Part shown: positions 11,579 through 22,740 of the stretch, piece by piece
How positions within the stretch are numbered: the first letter of the stretch is position 1
Layout: every line of letters begins with the position of its first letter
Assembly: GCA_963771175.1 (NCBI GenBank)
Contig: CAVYSY010000024.1
Span: 192,001-256,000, forward strand
Reading direction: 5' to 3'
Length of the DNA stretch: 64,000 nucleotides
From: an uncultured delta proteobacterium
GTDB taxonomy: Bacteria > Myxococcota > Myxococcia > Myxococcales > Myxococcaceae
Made by a program: the position numbers and the translations under genes
The notes under the pieces: model-generated
The model's database searches: none
What the model was told of the DNA's origin: nothing
The model's input: only the letters and a program-made list of their open reading frames with translations

Positions 11579-13511
11579 CTAGAACTGCACGACCACGATG
11601 TTGGGAATGTTGGGCTTCACCTCGACACGCCGGGTGCGTGTGCCCTGGTCCGGATTCGAGAACTTGCAGTCATAGGTGCCAACGGTCATCTGCACGTCCC
11701 GGAAGGGCGTCTCGCCCATCTTGGTTCCATTGCACGAAACCTCGGCCCACACTGTGATCGGCTTCACAACGAAGCGGACCATGGCCTTCCGCGACTCCTG
11801 CGGACGGGTCTCCCGGACTCTCCGCCACGACGGCCCGGGCGGGCTCCGGTTTGCGCTCGTCCTTCGGGGTCGAAGCCACGGCCTGACGCGGGACCCGAGC
11901 CTCCCCGGTCGACGCCTGTCCGGTGGAGAGGCCGCCCCCCGAGGCCACCACCTGGGCCTTGACGACCGCCGGCGCCTGCTCGGGCTCCGTGCGCGGGGTG
12001 GGCGGGGCCGAGACGACCACGGCGGGCTTCGGCTCCTCCTTCGGGGTCGGCTTCGGCTGCGTCACGGGCTTCGCCGTCGCATCCGGAGGCACCTGGGAGG
12101 GCGCGGGACGCAGCGCCCACCAGGCTCCCCCAAGCAGGCTCACGAGGATTCCCCCCGCGATGAACCCCACCACCAGCCGGTTCGACTTCTTCTGGGGAGC
12201 GGGCGCGGGAGCCACGGGGGCGGAGGCAGGAGCAGCGGGGAGGGCTGGCTGCCGTGCCCGGCTCGGCCTCGGCACGGGTCTCTCGGCGGAGCGCGGCTCC
12301 TCTCCGAGCTCGGCGGTACGGCGGAGGCTCCCGGTGCGCCGGGGCTCCTGCGCCTTACGCCCCGAGGAGCCACCGCGCGGCTCGCTCCGGGAGGCCCGGG
12401 GCGGTGTACGCGACGGCGGCGTGCGCTCCAACCGATCCGTCGACTCCCGTGCCGCCGGTGCCACGCCCGAGTCCACCTGACGCGGCGCCGCCTTCGTCTC
12501 GGCGGACTTGTCGGACGACCTCGCCTCGGACGGAGAGAGGGGCTCGGAGTCCTCCACGAGCAACTCGCCCAGCCGGGACTCCTCGGCCAGCCGCGCGGCG
12601 TAGAGATTGTTCATGAAGTCCGCGACGTGCGCCGAGGACGACGCATGCTGGTGGGCGACGAGCCAGTCCTCCAGCGCGAGCTGGAGCTGCACCGCCTCCG
12701 AGTAGCGGTCCTCCGGGCTGCGCGCCAGCGCCTTCATGACGATGGGGTCCAGGTCCTCCGGCACGCGCGGGTTGACCTGGGAGGGCGGAGGAATGTCGCA
12801 CTCGGCCACCGCCTGCAGCGTGGCCATGTCGCTGGGCCGCTTGAAGAGGCGGTTGCAGGTGAGCAGCTCGTACAGCACCACCCCCAGAGCGAAGATGTCG
12901 CTGCGCCGATCGACCTTCTGCCCGGCGGCCTGCTCCGGCGACATGTACGAGTACTTGCCCTTGAGCACCCCCGAGCGCGTGACGGTGGCCTGGTCCGCCG
13001 CCTTGGCGATGCCGAAGTCCACCACCTTCACCCGCCCGTCGAACGTCACCAGGATGTTCTGCGGCGAGATGTCCCGGTGGACGATGTTCAGCGGCTTGCC
13101 GGCGGCGTCCGTCTTCTTGTGCGCGTAGTCCAGGCCGGCGCAGGCCTCGATGATGACGCGGCACACCAGCGGCACTGGAATGGGCGTGTCCGCCCGGTCC
13201 GCGCGCTTCCACACGCGCCGCAGGTCCTCACCATGGATGTACTCCATGGCGATGAAGAAGCTGTCGTCCTGGGCGCCCAGGTCGAAGATCTGGACGATGT
13301 TGGGGTGGTTGAGCCGGGCGGCGATGCGGGCCTCGTCCAGGAACATCCGGACGAAGTCCTCGTTCTCCGCCAGGTGCGGGAGGATGCGCTTGACCACCAG
13401 CCGCTTCTCGAAGCCCTCGGGGCCCCGCTGGCGCGCGAGATAGATCTGCGCCATGCCGCCCATGGCGAGCTTCTCGAGCAGCTGGTAGTTGCCGTAGTTC
13501 TCGATCGACAC
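11579..13511 (-). CDS. Membrane Ser/Thr protein kinase with C-terminal PEGA-like domain (frameshift near 11790)
   Basis: [32 protein letters not shown] segment; tail continues in ORF 11579-11782. Confidence 0.88.
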
Positions 13512-13631
13512 GGTGCGACAAGCCCCTTTCCACGGCAGGGCAACCGTGGACGGAGGCACCCGGGTGCGGAAGGACCCGAGCGTAAGCGGCCCGGCCGGGA
13601 GGGTCAAACCCCCTGTCGATCGTCCCCTCTC

Positions 13632-14006
13632 CTACCCCCCGCGGCGGGCGGGGGCTCGGACCTGGCGGGTCTCGCGCATGAGCGCTTCCAGCTCGTCCAG
13701 GTGCCGCCGCAGCACGGGCATCAGCACGGGCGCGGCATCCACCCGGTCGAAGAGGTCCAACACCCGGTCCACCTTGCGCTCGATCTCCTCGGCCCGGGCC
13801 GGGGAGATGCGGCGCAGCAACAGGTCCACCGCCGCCTCCATCATGGCCCGAGCCACCGCGTCGCGAGAGCCGAGCGGCTCGTCCTGCCGGCGCTGCCCAC
13901 CGCCCTCGATGACGCGCAGGCCGCCGGGCGGGCGGACGGGCGCGGGCGTAGAACGGGTGAGCGGACGCTCGGAGGTGGAGTTGTCGTCGTGCTGTCGGGA
14001 GCTCAC
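13632..14006 (-). CDS. Hypothetical protein
   Basis: GGAGG RBS before GTG 14006 (alternative start 14048); 'GLRVIEGGG' motif and helical C-terminus. Confidence 0.65.
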   Translation of the reverse strand: MSSRQHDDNSTSERPLTRSTPAPVRPPGGLRVIEGGGQRRQDEPLGSRDAVARAMMEAAVDLLLRRISPARAEEIERKVDRVLDLFDRVDAAPVLMPVLRRHLDELEALMRETRQVRAPARRGG

Positions 14007-14164
14007 CGTCGCCTCCTGCTGCGGGGATGCCCTCAGGGTACTCAGCATGGGTTGCCCTCCAATTTTCCGGTCAACCGCACAGACCGATGCAGAGCTGTAG
14101 CACTCGCGTCCGACATGTCGCGCCGGAGGCCGGATTCTCGGCCCCAGCGCGTTTCACCCCACTC

Positions 14165-17117
14165 TCAGCGGCACACGCGGCGGTAGTGGATCTCCACCTT
14201 CGCCCCCGGCGCGGGAGCCGTGGAGAAGACGACGCTGTTGCTGCCGCCGTCATAGGACCAACCGCTCGTCGCCGGAGAGCCGTTCACCTGCACCGTGATG
14301 CTGCCCGCGTCTGGCTGCTCGCTGAGCGGGAAGCGGTCCTGCGCGGAGAAGGCCTTGTTGGCCACCGCGCGCAGCAGGGGCGCGTAGTCGGCGGTGCACA
14401 CGGAGAGCACCTCGCCGCCGGTGCGGGCCGCGGCCTCCGCGTAGCGCGTCCCGGCACCGCCCGAGGTGGGGCACCCGGAGGCCGTGGGCGCGATGGCATA
14501 GATGGTCATGCGCTGCGGCTGGTGCTCGCCCTTGCGCTCCTGGAGGAAGTGCACGTAGGTGTCCACGCTGTCGGGCGAGTGGTCGTCCTCGTCCCCCATG
14601 AAGACGACCACCAGCGCCGCCTCGTCGCGCAGGAAGCCCCGGTTGCCGTCGTTCTTCTGGGGCGTGCGCGGATCATCCGCGCTGCCCACCAGCGGCTCCG
14701 ATAGAGCGCGGCGCACGGCCTCGAAGCCCTGCTCCACCACCGCGCACTGGCCCACCGACACGTTGCGCTGCAGCACCGTCCCCAGGTCCGCCGTGCGGTT
14801 CGTCAGGAGGCGCGGTCCGCTGTTGTTCACCGGGAAGAAGCGACCCGCCTCGCCGCCACGGGCCCCGCCGGGACAGGCGTCGGAGATGGGATCGATTCCC
14901 GTGGTGGTGACCGCCACGTGCATGTCCACGCCCGTGGCCAGCGCGGCGTCGGCGAAGGCGGGCATGGCCGACACGATGCGTGGCTGCTCCTCCACCATGG
15001 ACGCGGTGTTGTCCACCACGAAGAGGACGTCCACCTTGGAGCCGTCCTGCTGCACGAAGGTGTCCGTCTTCTCCACCCGCTTGGAGGACTCGCCGATGAG
15101 CGGCACGAGCAGCGGCTCGGGCAGGTCCGACACGTCCACGAAGAGCGGCGACATGTTCAGCCCATGCACCTGGGCCAGGTAGCCCACCTCCACCGTGAAG
15201 GCCTCACCCGGAGCCAGCGTGAAGGGAGTGCCCGGCGCGTCCTCCGAGCTCGAACTCGCCATCCGTGGTCCCCGCCCCGATGTGCACCCCGGACACCGTC
15301 ACCGGAGTCCGGCAGGCGTTGAGGAAGTTCACCTCTCGCGGGGGCGGCGGGCAGTCCGGACGCGCCACGCCGTAGTCCAGGTAGCGCGGCGAGGCCACCA
15401 GGCACGCGGCCTCCGAGTGGGCCATCAGCGGCACCAGCACCAGCGGGTTGGTGGGATCCGCCGGCTCGAGCTGCACCATGCCCGTGAAGTCGCCGCCCGC
15501 CGCCGGGGCAATGAAGGCCACCATGAAGCTGAACCAGTCCCCCGGCCACATGATGAGGCCGTCCAGCTCGCCGCCCGGCATGCTGAACACCCCGCCCCCG
15601 TTGTCGCGCAGGCGGAGGTTCTTCACCGCGCACAGGTCCGTGCCCTGGTTCTCCACCTTGATGCCCAGCACCGCGCCCTTGCCGGGCACCACCGTGCCGA
15701 AGTCCACCGCCATCGGGGTGACGGCCACCTCGCACGGCGCGTGCCGCTCCGCGAAGCCCGTGAAGTCCAGCTCCGCGGTGATGCCCGTGTACACGTTCGT
15801 GGTCATCACCAGCCGACCCGCCGCGGCCCCCACGCGCGTGGGCTCGTAGAAGACCTTGAAGTTCACCTCCTCGCCGGGCAGCAGCCGGTACGGCAGCGCC
15901 AGCGGCGGGGTGTTGAACTGGATGTCCGCGTCCGGGTGCCCATCCATCGAGTGGAACTCGAGCCCGTAAATGGTGAGCGGGCCCCCGTTGGAGGAGCCGC
16001 AGTTCTTCACGTTGACCACCACGGCCGTCTTCGAGCCGAGCGGCTGGCGCCCGAAGTCATGGGAGAGCGGCGACACGCACAGCTCCGCCGCGCCGCCGAA
16101 GCCGCGCAGCCCCACGTCCGTGGTGGGGTTGCGCTTGCTCTCCACATGGAAGATGGCCTTGTCCTCGGCCGGCCCCATGTGACCCGGGCTGTAGCGCAGC
16201 TCCCAGGTGCGCGTCTCACCGGGCCCCAGCACCAGCGGCAGGCCCGGGGCCCCATGGCTGAAGGAGGCGTCCTTGCCCTCCAGGTTCAGCGCCGTCACCG
16301 TCATGGGCTCGGTGCTGATGTTGTGCAGGCGCGCCAGCCGGAAGCTGTCCTTGTCCACCGGCACGGAGCCGAAGTCGAGCTCGGGCGGCTCGGCCACCAC
16401 CGCCCGATCCAGCGCCTCGGCCACCACCTGCACCGCCACGTCCGAGCACCCCCGGCACGGCGACACCGCCAGCGCCACCTGCTTGCGCCCCACCCTCCCG
16501 GGCGAGAACGTGAGTGGCACCTCGCGCTGCTCCCCCGGCCCCAGCGTCAGGGGGGCCACGGAGAACTCGTCCCGGTCCGCCCCCAGCGGCTTCGGCGTCA
16601 CCTCCACCGGCATGTCCGTGGGGTTGTTGACGGTGAAGCTCAGCGTCTTGGAGGACTCGGCCTCGATGCGCCCGAAGTCCAACCGCCGCGGCGACACGCG
16701 CGCCCACGCCTCCACCCCCATGCCCTGCAACGGGACACGGATGAGCGGCCCCCGCTTCGCGTCCGAGCGCACCACCAGCGTGGCCGGCAGGGGCCCGGAC
16801 TCCAGCGGAGTGAAGCGCACCCGCAGCGCGCAATCGCCGCCGGGGATGAGCGTGTGCGGACCCTCGTGGGTGAAGTCCACCCTCCAGGAGCCCGCCGGCC
16901 CTTCCACCCAGGCCTCGTCCACGATGATGCGCGCACGACCCACGTTGCGCAGCACCACCTCCGCCTCGCGCCCGTCGAAAATAGCCACCCGCTGGAAATC
17001 CAATCCTCCCGGCGTTGCCGTCAGCCGACCGTCGGCGATGGTCGGTCGATCGCGATCCGCGCACCCCGCCAACACCACCAGCACTGCGAGGGCCCACAGG
17101 CCCCAGCGCCCGCTCAT
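14165..17117 (-). CDS. Lipoprotein with tandem choice-of-anchor-D (ASH/Ig-like) domains and C-terminal vWA-like domain (frameshift near 15240)
   Basis: Lipobox LAGC; repeated 'P..LDFG.V' Ig-like units; C-terminal VDVLFVVDNTASM (vWA MIDAS-like) in ORF 14165-15262. Confidence 0.8.
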
Positions 17118-17323
17118 GGCTCCCCTTCCCCTTCCCACGCCCACCACCCCACCCTGGAACCCACACGAGGGACCTACGGGATCAGGGTGCGAAGCTAGGC
17201 ACCCACGGTGGGGGGAGCAACGGCCCAGGAAGGAGCGAATGTCCGCCACGAGAACACCTCTCCCCCCCTCCCACCTCCGCGCTGTCACCATTCGGAGCGC
17301 GCTCCCGGTCCCTCCCCGCCGGG

Positions 17324-17339
17324 CGGCACGTCGCTTGCT
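17324..17339 (+). promoter_or_regulatory. Putative sigma54 (-24/-12) promoter
   Basis: CGGCACGTCGCTTGCT = GG-N10-GC, 37 nt upstream of ATG 17376. Confidence 0.65.
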
Positions 17340-17375
17340 GTCCTCTTGAAGCAGACCCCTACGGGAGGACGAGTC

Positions 17376-17639
17376 ATGAACGAGCAGCAGATGCGCGACT
17401 GGATGAAGGAGAACCTCGGTCGGCTCAAGACGCTGCGCGATGAGATTCGCGTGGACATCCACCTGGCCAGCATGGACGCCAAGGACAAGTGGAAGGAGCT
17501 GGAGCCCGTGATGCGCGACGCGGAGAAGCTCGCCGATGAGGTGTCGGACGTCTCGCGCCGGACCATGGAGGAGCTGGTGGAGAAGTTCCGCCACTTCCGC
17601 GAGTCGGTCCGCTACCACCGGCCAGGCGGGCAGCCGTAA
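17376..17639 (+). CDS. Small helical coiled-coil hypothetical protein
   Basis: GGGAGG RBS, MNEQQMRDWMKENLGRLKTLRDEIRVDIHLASMDAKDKWKELEP... Confidence 0.75.
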   Translation: MNEQQMRDWMKENLGRLKTLRDEIRVDIHLASMDAKDKWKELEPVMRDAEKLADEVSDVSRRTMEELVEKFRHFRESVRYHRPGGQP

Positions 17640-17762
17640 TCCGGAAGGCACGGCCCTGACGCGGCACACGCAATTACTGCGGACCGCCGCACCGGAGCCG
17701 CAAGCACTGCACCCACGCCCCGGCTGGCCGAGCCCACTCCCATGCCCCATGATGGGAACCCT

Positions 17763-18620
17763 ATGAACGTGCGGCCCGCGGAGCTGCAATCCCTGCTGGG
17801 GCGGGCCGGACGCCGGCTCGCCTCCGGATTGGTGGAGGGTTCCCTGGAGCACATGCGCTCCGTTCCCTTCCGGGACGCGGGCCACGGCTACGACGTCTTC
17901 GGGTACGAGCCCCTGCACGCGGCCTGTATCCTGCCCGTACTGAAGACCCTCCACCGGCACTGGTTCCGAGTCCGCTCGCACGGGACCGAGCACGTGCCCG
18001 CCCACGGCCCGGCCATCGTCGTGGGCAACCACTCGGGCACCCTGCCCTTCGATGCGATGATGTTGTGGACGGACATCGTCCTCCGGTGCCGGCGCCTGCC
18101 GCGTACGGTGGCCGACTACTTCGTGCCCGCCCTGCCCTTCATCGGCACCCTGTTCGCCCGAGGCGGCGTGGTGGGAGGCACGGCGGGCAACCTCCGGGTG
18201 CTGCTCGACGCGGGCGAGTTGCTGATGATCTTCCCCGAGGGCGTCCCCGGCATCGCCAAGCCCTTCCGCGAGCGCTACCAGCTCCAGGAGTTCCGCGTGG
18301 GCCACGCGGAGCTGGCCATCCGCCACCAGGCCCCCGTCGTGCCCGTGGGCATCGTGGGCGCGGAGGAACAGATGCCGCAGTTCGCCCGCCTGCCCGTCCA
18401 CGCCTTCGGCATCCCCCATCTGCCGATCATGTTGACGCCCCTGCCCCTGCCCGTGCGCTACCACTTCCACTATGGCGAGCCCCTGCGGCTCCACGAGGGC
18501 CTGCGTCCCGAGGACGCCGATGACCCGGAGGTGGTGCGGCGGGCCTCCGAGCGGGTACGTCACGCCGTCCAGGCGCTCGTCAACCGGGGCCTCCAGCTGC
18601 GCAAGGGGGTGTTCCGATGA
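17763..18620 (+). CDS. Lysophospholipid/glycerol acyltransferase (PlsC family)
   Basis: NHSGTLPFD (HX4D) and IFPEG motifs. Confidence 0.9.
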   Translation: MNVRPAELQSLLGRAGRRLASGLVEGSLEHMRSVPFRDAGHGYDVFGYEPLHAACILPVLKTLHRHWFRVRSHGTEHVPAHGPAIVVGNHSGTLPFDAMMLWTDIVLRCRRLPRTVADYFVPALPFIGTLFARGGVVGGTAGNLRVLLDAGELLMIFPEGVPGIAKPFRERYQLQEFRVGHAELAIRHQAPVVPVGIVGAEEQMPQFARLPVHAFGIPHLPIMLTPLPLPVRYHFHYGEPLRLHEGLRPEDADDPEVVRRASERVRHAVQALVNRGLQLRKGVFR

Positions 18621-19615
18621 GCGCGCGCTCCGGCTGGCGGTCCCCGAGGGGCGTGCTGGTGCTGGGCGCGAGCACGCCGCTGGGAGAGCGCCTGTGCCGG
18701 GCGCTGCTGGCGGACCCCTCCCTGCGCGCGGTGCTCGCCGTGGGCAGGGAGCCTCGCGAGCAGGTCCACCTCCCGGACGACGCGCGGCTGACGTACCAGC
18801 CGGTGGACATCACCCACGCGCGGCCGGTGCACGACATGCTCTTCGGCACGGCGAGAGACCTTGGGGTCGACGTGGTGGTGCACCTCGCCATGCACCGGGC
18901 CAACGACTTCGGTGACCAGGTCCACATGCAGAACGTCGAGTCCCTGCGGTGGTTGCTCTCGCTGTCGGACCGGCACCCCACCCTGCGGCGGCTGGTGTTC
19001 CGCTCGAACGCGGACGTGTACCGCGTGGAGCCCGGCCTGCCGTCCGTCATCACCGAGGACCACCCGCTGGAGCTCTCTCCCGACGCCCCCCAGTGGGTAC
19101 GAGACCGCGTGGAGGCGGATCTGCTGGCCTGCGCGCGGATGGGAGTGGCGGCCGGGCTGGAGATCGCCGTGCTGCGCTGCGCGGAAGTGCTCGCGCCCAA
19201 CGAGGGCTCCCAGCTTCACGACTACCTGTCCGCGCCGGTGTGCCTGCGCTCGGCGGGCTTCAACCCCATGCTCAACGTGCTGTCGCTGGAGGACGCCACC
19301 GAGGCGCTCCGGCTGGCCGTGTACGCCGGCGGCACCCAGGGCATCTTCAACATCCCCGGCGCGGACACCCTGCCCCTGTCCGGGTGCATCCGCCTGGCGG
19401 GCCGGGTGGACGTGCCGGTACCGGGGCCCCTGCTCGCGCCCGTCTACGAGGCCCGGCGCCGCCTGAGGGGGGCCCAGTTCTCCTACCGCATCAACCGGGG
19501 CCGCTTCCACCTCGCGGCCGTGCTGGACGGCACCCACGCCCGCCGGCTGCTGGGGTACGAGCCCCACCACCCGGTGGATTGGAAAGAAAGCGGCGAAGGT
19601 CGCCAGATGCGATAA
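18617..19615 (+). CDS. NAD-dependent epimerase/dehydratase family (atypical SDR)
   Basis: VLVLGASTPLG Rossmann-like start, VVVHLA, FNIPG; ATGA overlap with the acyltransferase. Confidence 0.8.
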   Translation: MSARSGWRSPRGVLVLGASTPLGERLCRALLADPSLRAVLAVGREPREQVHLPDDARLTYQPVDITHARPVHDMLFGTARDLGVDVVVHLAMHRANDFGDQVHMQNVESLRWLLSLSDRHPTLRRLVFRSNADVYRVEPGLPSVITEDHPLELSPDAPQWVRDRVEADLLACARMGVAAGLEIAVLRCAEVLAPNEGSQLHDYLSAPVCLRSAGFNPMLNVLSLEDATEALRLAVYAGGTQGIFNIPGADTLPLSGCIRLAGRVDVPVPGPLLAPVYEARRRLRGAQFSYRINRGRFHLAAVLDGTHARRLLGYEPHHPVDWKESGEGRQMR

Positions 19616-19656
19616 GCCAGGGGGTCCACGCCCCCCCAGGGCCCCGGAGGGACCGC

Positions 19657-20298
19657 ATGCCGACGGAGTCGCAGCAGAAACGTGAGCCGCGCCACTTCTC
19701 GATGATCCGCACCTTCACGCCCGCGGACTTCGTCACACTGGGCAATGCCTTCTCGGGGGCGGGAGCCATCCTGGCCCAGATGCAGTACCTGGCCACCGGG
19801 CAGCCGCGCTGGCTGTGGCTGGCCTTCGGGCTCATGCCGCTGGCCTTCCTCCTCGACGCGCTCGACGGGCGCGTCGCGCGCTGGCGCTTCCAGTCCTCGC
19901 CCCTGGGCGCGGACCTGGACTCGCTGGCGGACGTCATTTCCTTCGGCGTGGCGCCCGCGTCGCTGGCCTTCTCGGTGGGGCTGCGCGGCGCGCTGGACGT
20001 GGTGGTGCTGCTCTACTTCGTGGGCTGTGGCGTCAGCCGCCTGGCACGCTTCAACGTCACCGCCGCCTCCCTCGCGGATGGCACCGGCAAGGTGAAGTAC
20101 TTCGAGGGCACCCCCATCCCCACCAGCCTGGCGCTCGTGCTGGTGCTGGCCATCCTCTTCTGGAAGGGGCTCACCGGGGAGGCGCTCCCCTTCGGGGTGT
20201 GGAACATCGGGGCGTTCCAGCTCCACCCGCTGGTGCTGATGTACTTCGCCAGCGGCAGCGCGATGATCAGCAAGACGCTGCGCATCCCCAAGTTCTGA
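19657..20298 (+). CDS. pssA: CDP-alcohol phosphatidyltransferase (phosphatidylserine synthase-like)
   Basis: DALDGRVAR...GADLDSLADVISFGVAP, RLARFN, YFEGTPIP; GGAGG RBS. Confidence 0.85.
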   Translation: MPTESQQKREPRHFSMIRTFTPADFVTLGNAFSGAGAILAQMQYLATGQPRWLWLAFGLMPLAFLLDALDGRVARWRFQSSPLGADLDSLADVISFGVAPASLAFSVGLRGALDVVVLLYFVGCGVSRLARFNVTAASLADGTGKVKYFEGTPIPTSLALVLVLAILFWKGLTGEALPFGVWNIGAFQLHPLVLMYFASGSAMISKTLRIPKF

Positions 20299-20299
20299 G

Positions 20300-21541
20300 C
20301 TATCGGATGACGGGCCACCACTGGCGCCGGGTGAGCGCCTGGCAGGTACCGATGCCGGCGGCCAGCGCTCCGATGCGCAGCGCCGTCTGCACCAGGGTGG
20401 CGGTGCCCGCGGAGTAGTCCTGCTCGGCCAGTTCCAGCACGGAGCGGAAGGCCAGCACGCCGGGCACGAGCGGGATGAAACCCGGAATGACGCAGATGCT
20501 GGTGGGCATGCGAAGGGCGTACGCGATGGGCTCGGACAGGAGCACGATGCCGAACCCCGCGAAGAACATGGCGCCCTCGGGAGGCATGGCCGGGGCGAGC
20601 AGCGCGACACCCCCTCGCAGGGCGTAACCCACCGCCCCCACGAGCGCACAGGGCAGCAGCGCGCCGCGGGGAACGTCGAAGAGCACGGCGAAGCCGGTGG
20701 TGGCCACGAGCGCCAGCAGGGTGGCGGGGATGAGCGGCGGTGACGTGCTGGTGGCGAGCGCCAACTGGACTCCGGAGACGAGCAGCACCACGTACAGGCC
20801 GGCCCCGACGATGATGATGATGAGCGTCGCGGACAAGGCTCGGGCCATGCCGGAGAGGGTGTCCCCTCGGAACAGATCCGCCACGGAGCTGACCATGAGG
20901 ACGCCGGGCACCAGCAGGAGCACCGAGGCGGCCAGGACGAGCCCCGGCTCGGCGGCCCCCAGCACGCGAGCCCCCAGCAGCCCGAGGCCGGCGGCCACCA
21001 CCGTCACCAGGAAGGTCATCGCCATCCGGCCCACCTGCAGGCGGGCCAGCAACTCGCGCAGGGCCTGCCCCACGCCGGCCGCCACGCCCGCCACCACTGC
21101 CTCCAGGGCATTGCCGCCGAAGAGGAGCGCGAAGCAGGCGCAGGCGGCTCCCACCGCCAGGATCGTGATGACATCCCCGTAGAGCCGGGGCGCGCGGGCG
21201 ATGCGCTCCAGCTCGTCGCGGAGCTGCGACCGACTCAGCTCGCCGGAGCCCGCCCGCTCGGCGAGCGCGTTGACGGCGGCCACCCGGTTCAGGTCGATGC
21301 CCGTCTTCACCACGCGCACGATGCGGGTGCGGTGCTGCTCGTGGGAGATGGCGGTGCTCACGATGCCGGTGGGCGTGGCGAACACGTCCAGCCGCTGGGC
21401 GCCCAGAGCCGTCCCGAAGCGGGTGACGGCCTCCTCCACCCGGGCCATGTTGGCGCCGTTCTCCAGCATGATCTGCCCGGCGCGCAGCGCCACGCCGAGC
21501 ACCTCGCCGAGCTCCTGGTTGCTGAGGGGATGTGTATCCAT
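20300..21541 (-). CDS. Threonine/serine exporter ThrE family (fused two-domain)
   Basis: GQIMLENGANMARVEE, LLVPG, IPGFIPLVPG, about 10 TM segments. Confidence 0.88.
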   Translation of the reverse strand: MDTHPLSNQELGEVLGVALRAGQIMLENGANMARVEEAVTRFGTALGAQRLDVFATPTGIVSTAISHEQHRTRIVRVVKTGIDLNRVAAVNALAERAGSGELSRSQLRDELERIARAPRLYGDVITILAVGAACACFALLFGGNALEAVVAGVAAGVGQALRELLARLQVGRMAMTFLVTVVAAGLGLLGARVLGAAEPGLVLAASVLLLVPGVLMVSSVADLFRGDTLSGMARALSATLIIIIVGAGLYVVLLVSGVQLALATSTSPPLIPATLLALVATTGFAVLFDVPRGALLPCALVGAVGYALRGGVALLAPAMPPEGAMFFAGFGIVLLSEPIAYALRMPTSICVIPGFIPLVPGVLAFRSVLELAEQDYSAGTATLVQTALRIGALAAGIGTCQALTRRQWWPVIR

Positions 21542-21553
21542 CCGTGCTGGGGG

Positions 21554-22183
21554 CTACCTTCCGAGTGGTTTGGTGTTGGAGACCTGGAGACCCGCTTCCG
21601 AGACCTGGACGAACACCTCGCTCGCGGCGGGGACGTCGATGAAGCCGTGCTGATCCCTGCTTCCGAGCCCGAAGCTCACGTCCACCCGGTGGCGACCCGG
21701 TGTCACACCGTGCAGGGTGAGGGAGCTGGAGCTGCCGGAGATCCTACGCGCGTAGTCCATCGTGATGGTGCAGGGCCTATGGCAGCGGAGGTGGAGGAGC
21801 GAGGTGTCATCCTTGCTCCGCTCGGGGGGAGGCGCCTCGGGAGGTGCCGCGGGCTTCGTACCCGCGTCGGGCCTGGAGGAGGAAGACGGCCCCGGGGAGA
21901 CGCCCAGGCGCATCTTCGAATCGATATACACGGTGGCCTCGGGGGCCTCCGGGATGTCGACGTAGCTGGACACCCTGGGAAGACCGAGGACGCCCTTGAT
22001 CTCGATGCGCCGCCTGCCGGGGGGCACTTCCTTGAACTCCCACTGGGAGTCGCTCACCCGCCGGCCGGACCTGCCCTCGAGGAGCACGGAGCAGCTCTCC
22101 CGGCAGCGGACCGTGACGGTGGTGCCCTCGGCGGCGAGGGCCACCGGGGAGACGAACAGGAGGAAGAGGCAGAGCGCGCGCAT
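21554..22183 (-). CDS. Secreted hypothetical protein with two repeated PEGA-like beta domains
   Basis: Signal peptide; two CxxxC...V(P/T)PGR(R/H)R repeats separated by a Pro-rich linker. Confidence 0.65.
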   Translation of the reverse strand: MRALCLFLLFVSPVALAAEGTTVTVRCRESCSVLLEGRSGRRVSDSQWEFKEVPPGRRRIEIKGVLGLPRVSSYVDIPEAPEATVYIDSKMRLGVSPGPSSSSRPDAGTKPAAPPEAPPPERSKDDTSLLHLRCHRPCTITMDYARRISGSSSSLTLHGVTPGRHRVDVSFGLGSRDQHGFIDVPAASEVFVQVSEAGLQVSNTKPLGR

Positions 22184-22226
22184 GGCAGACCGGAGAGGTC
22201 TACCACTTCCGGCATCGGGCGCGCCC

Positions 22227-22565
22227 TCAGTCCTGCTGCGGAACCTGGCCGCCCAGTTGGCCGAAGCCCTGGAAGATGGACGCCATGGTGCCCATCAGGA
22301 AGGAGCGGGACATCTCCTTGAGGGCCGTCATCTCCTTGCTCTCCCCGACCGTGCCAGCGGAGGAAGTCGCGTCCTTCTTCGCCTCGGAGATGGCCGTCGA
22401 GACGATGTCGCGACCGGAGACGAGCGGGGCACTCACCGGCTGGGGCGCCGCGCCGGAGGCACCGGCCTGCACGCGCGAGAGAAAGCTCGTACGGGGGGCC
22501 TCCTGTGCCGCGGACGGAGTCGAGGTGGGCACGCGGGGACCGGTCAGACCGTTGATGGTGGACAT
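22227..22565 (-). CDS. Small hypothetical protein (Ser/Thr/Pro-rich N-terminus)
   Basis: GGAGAGG RBS before ATG 22565; upstream promoter-like motif. Confidence 0.6.
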   Translation of the reverse strand: MSTINGLTGPRVPTSTPSAAQEAPRTSFLSRVQAGASGAAPQPVSAPLVSGRDIVSTAISEAKKDATSSAGTVGESKEMTALKEMSRSFLMGTMASIFQGFGQLGGQVPQQD

Positions 22566-22612
22566 GGAGCCTCTCCAGGGGGACCTCCCCTGGGGAGGGA
22601 CGTCCGTTCCCC

Positions 22613-22640
22613 ATTATCGCCCAAGGCCCGCCGAAGTTGC
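22613..22640 (-). promoter_or_regulatory. GCAAC-N15-GCGATAAT putative alternative-sigma promoter
   Basis: Same motif as at 25941-25969; 48 nt upstream of the 22565 start. Confidence 0.55.
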
Positions 22641-22740
22641 GTGGGAGAATTCCTCCGGACCCGGCCGAGGCATCCCGCCGGGTTGGGCATCCACGCCTTC
22701 GGGCGTATCCTCCCCCTCCCTTCAGGAGAGACAACAGAGG

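Noticed and set aside
15204..18563. 1119-aa ORF as a single protein
   Set aside because: The N-terminal ~480 aa is antisense to the acyltransferase; the real start is ATG 17117 with a lipoprotein signal
22566..22740. TPP riboswitch before thiD
   Set aside because: Conserved CTGAGA and related TPP aptamer motifs are not present
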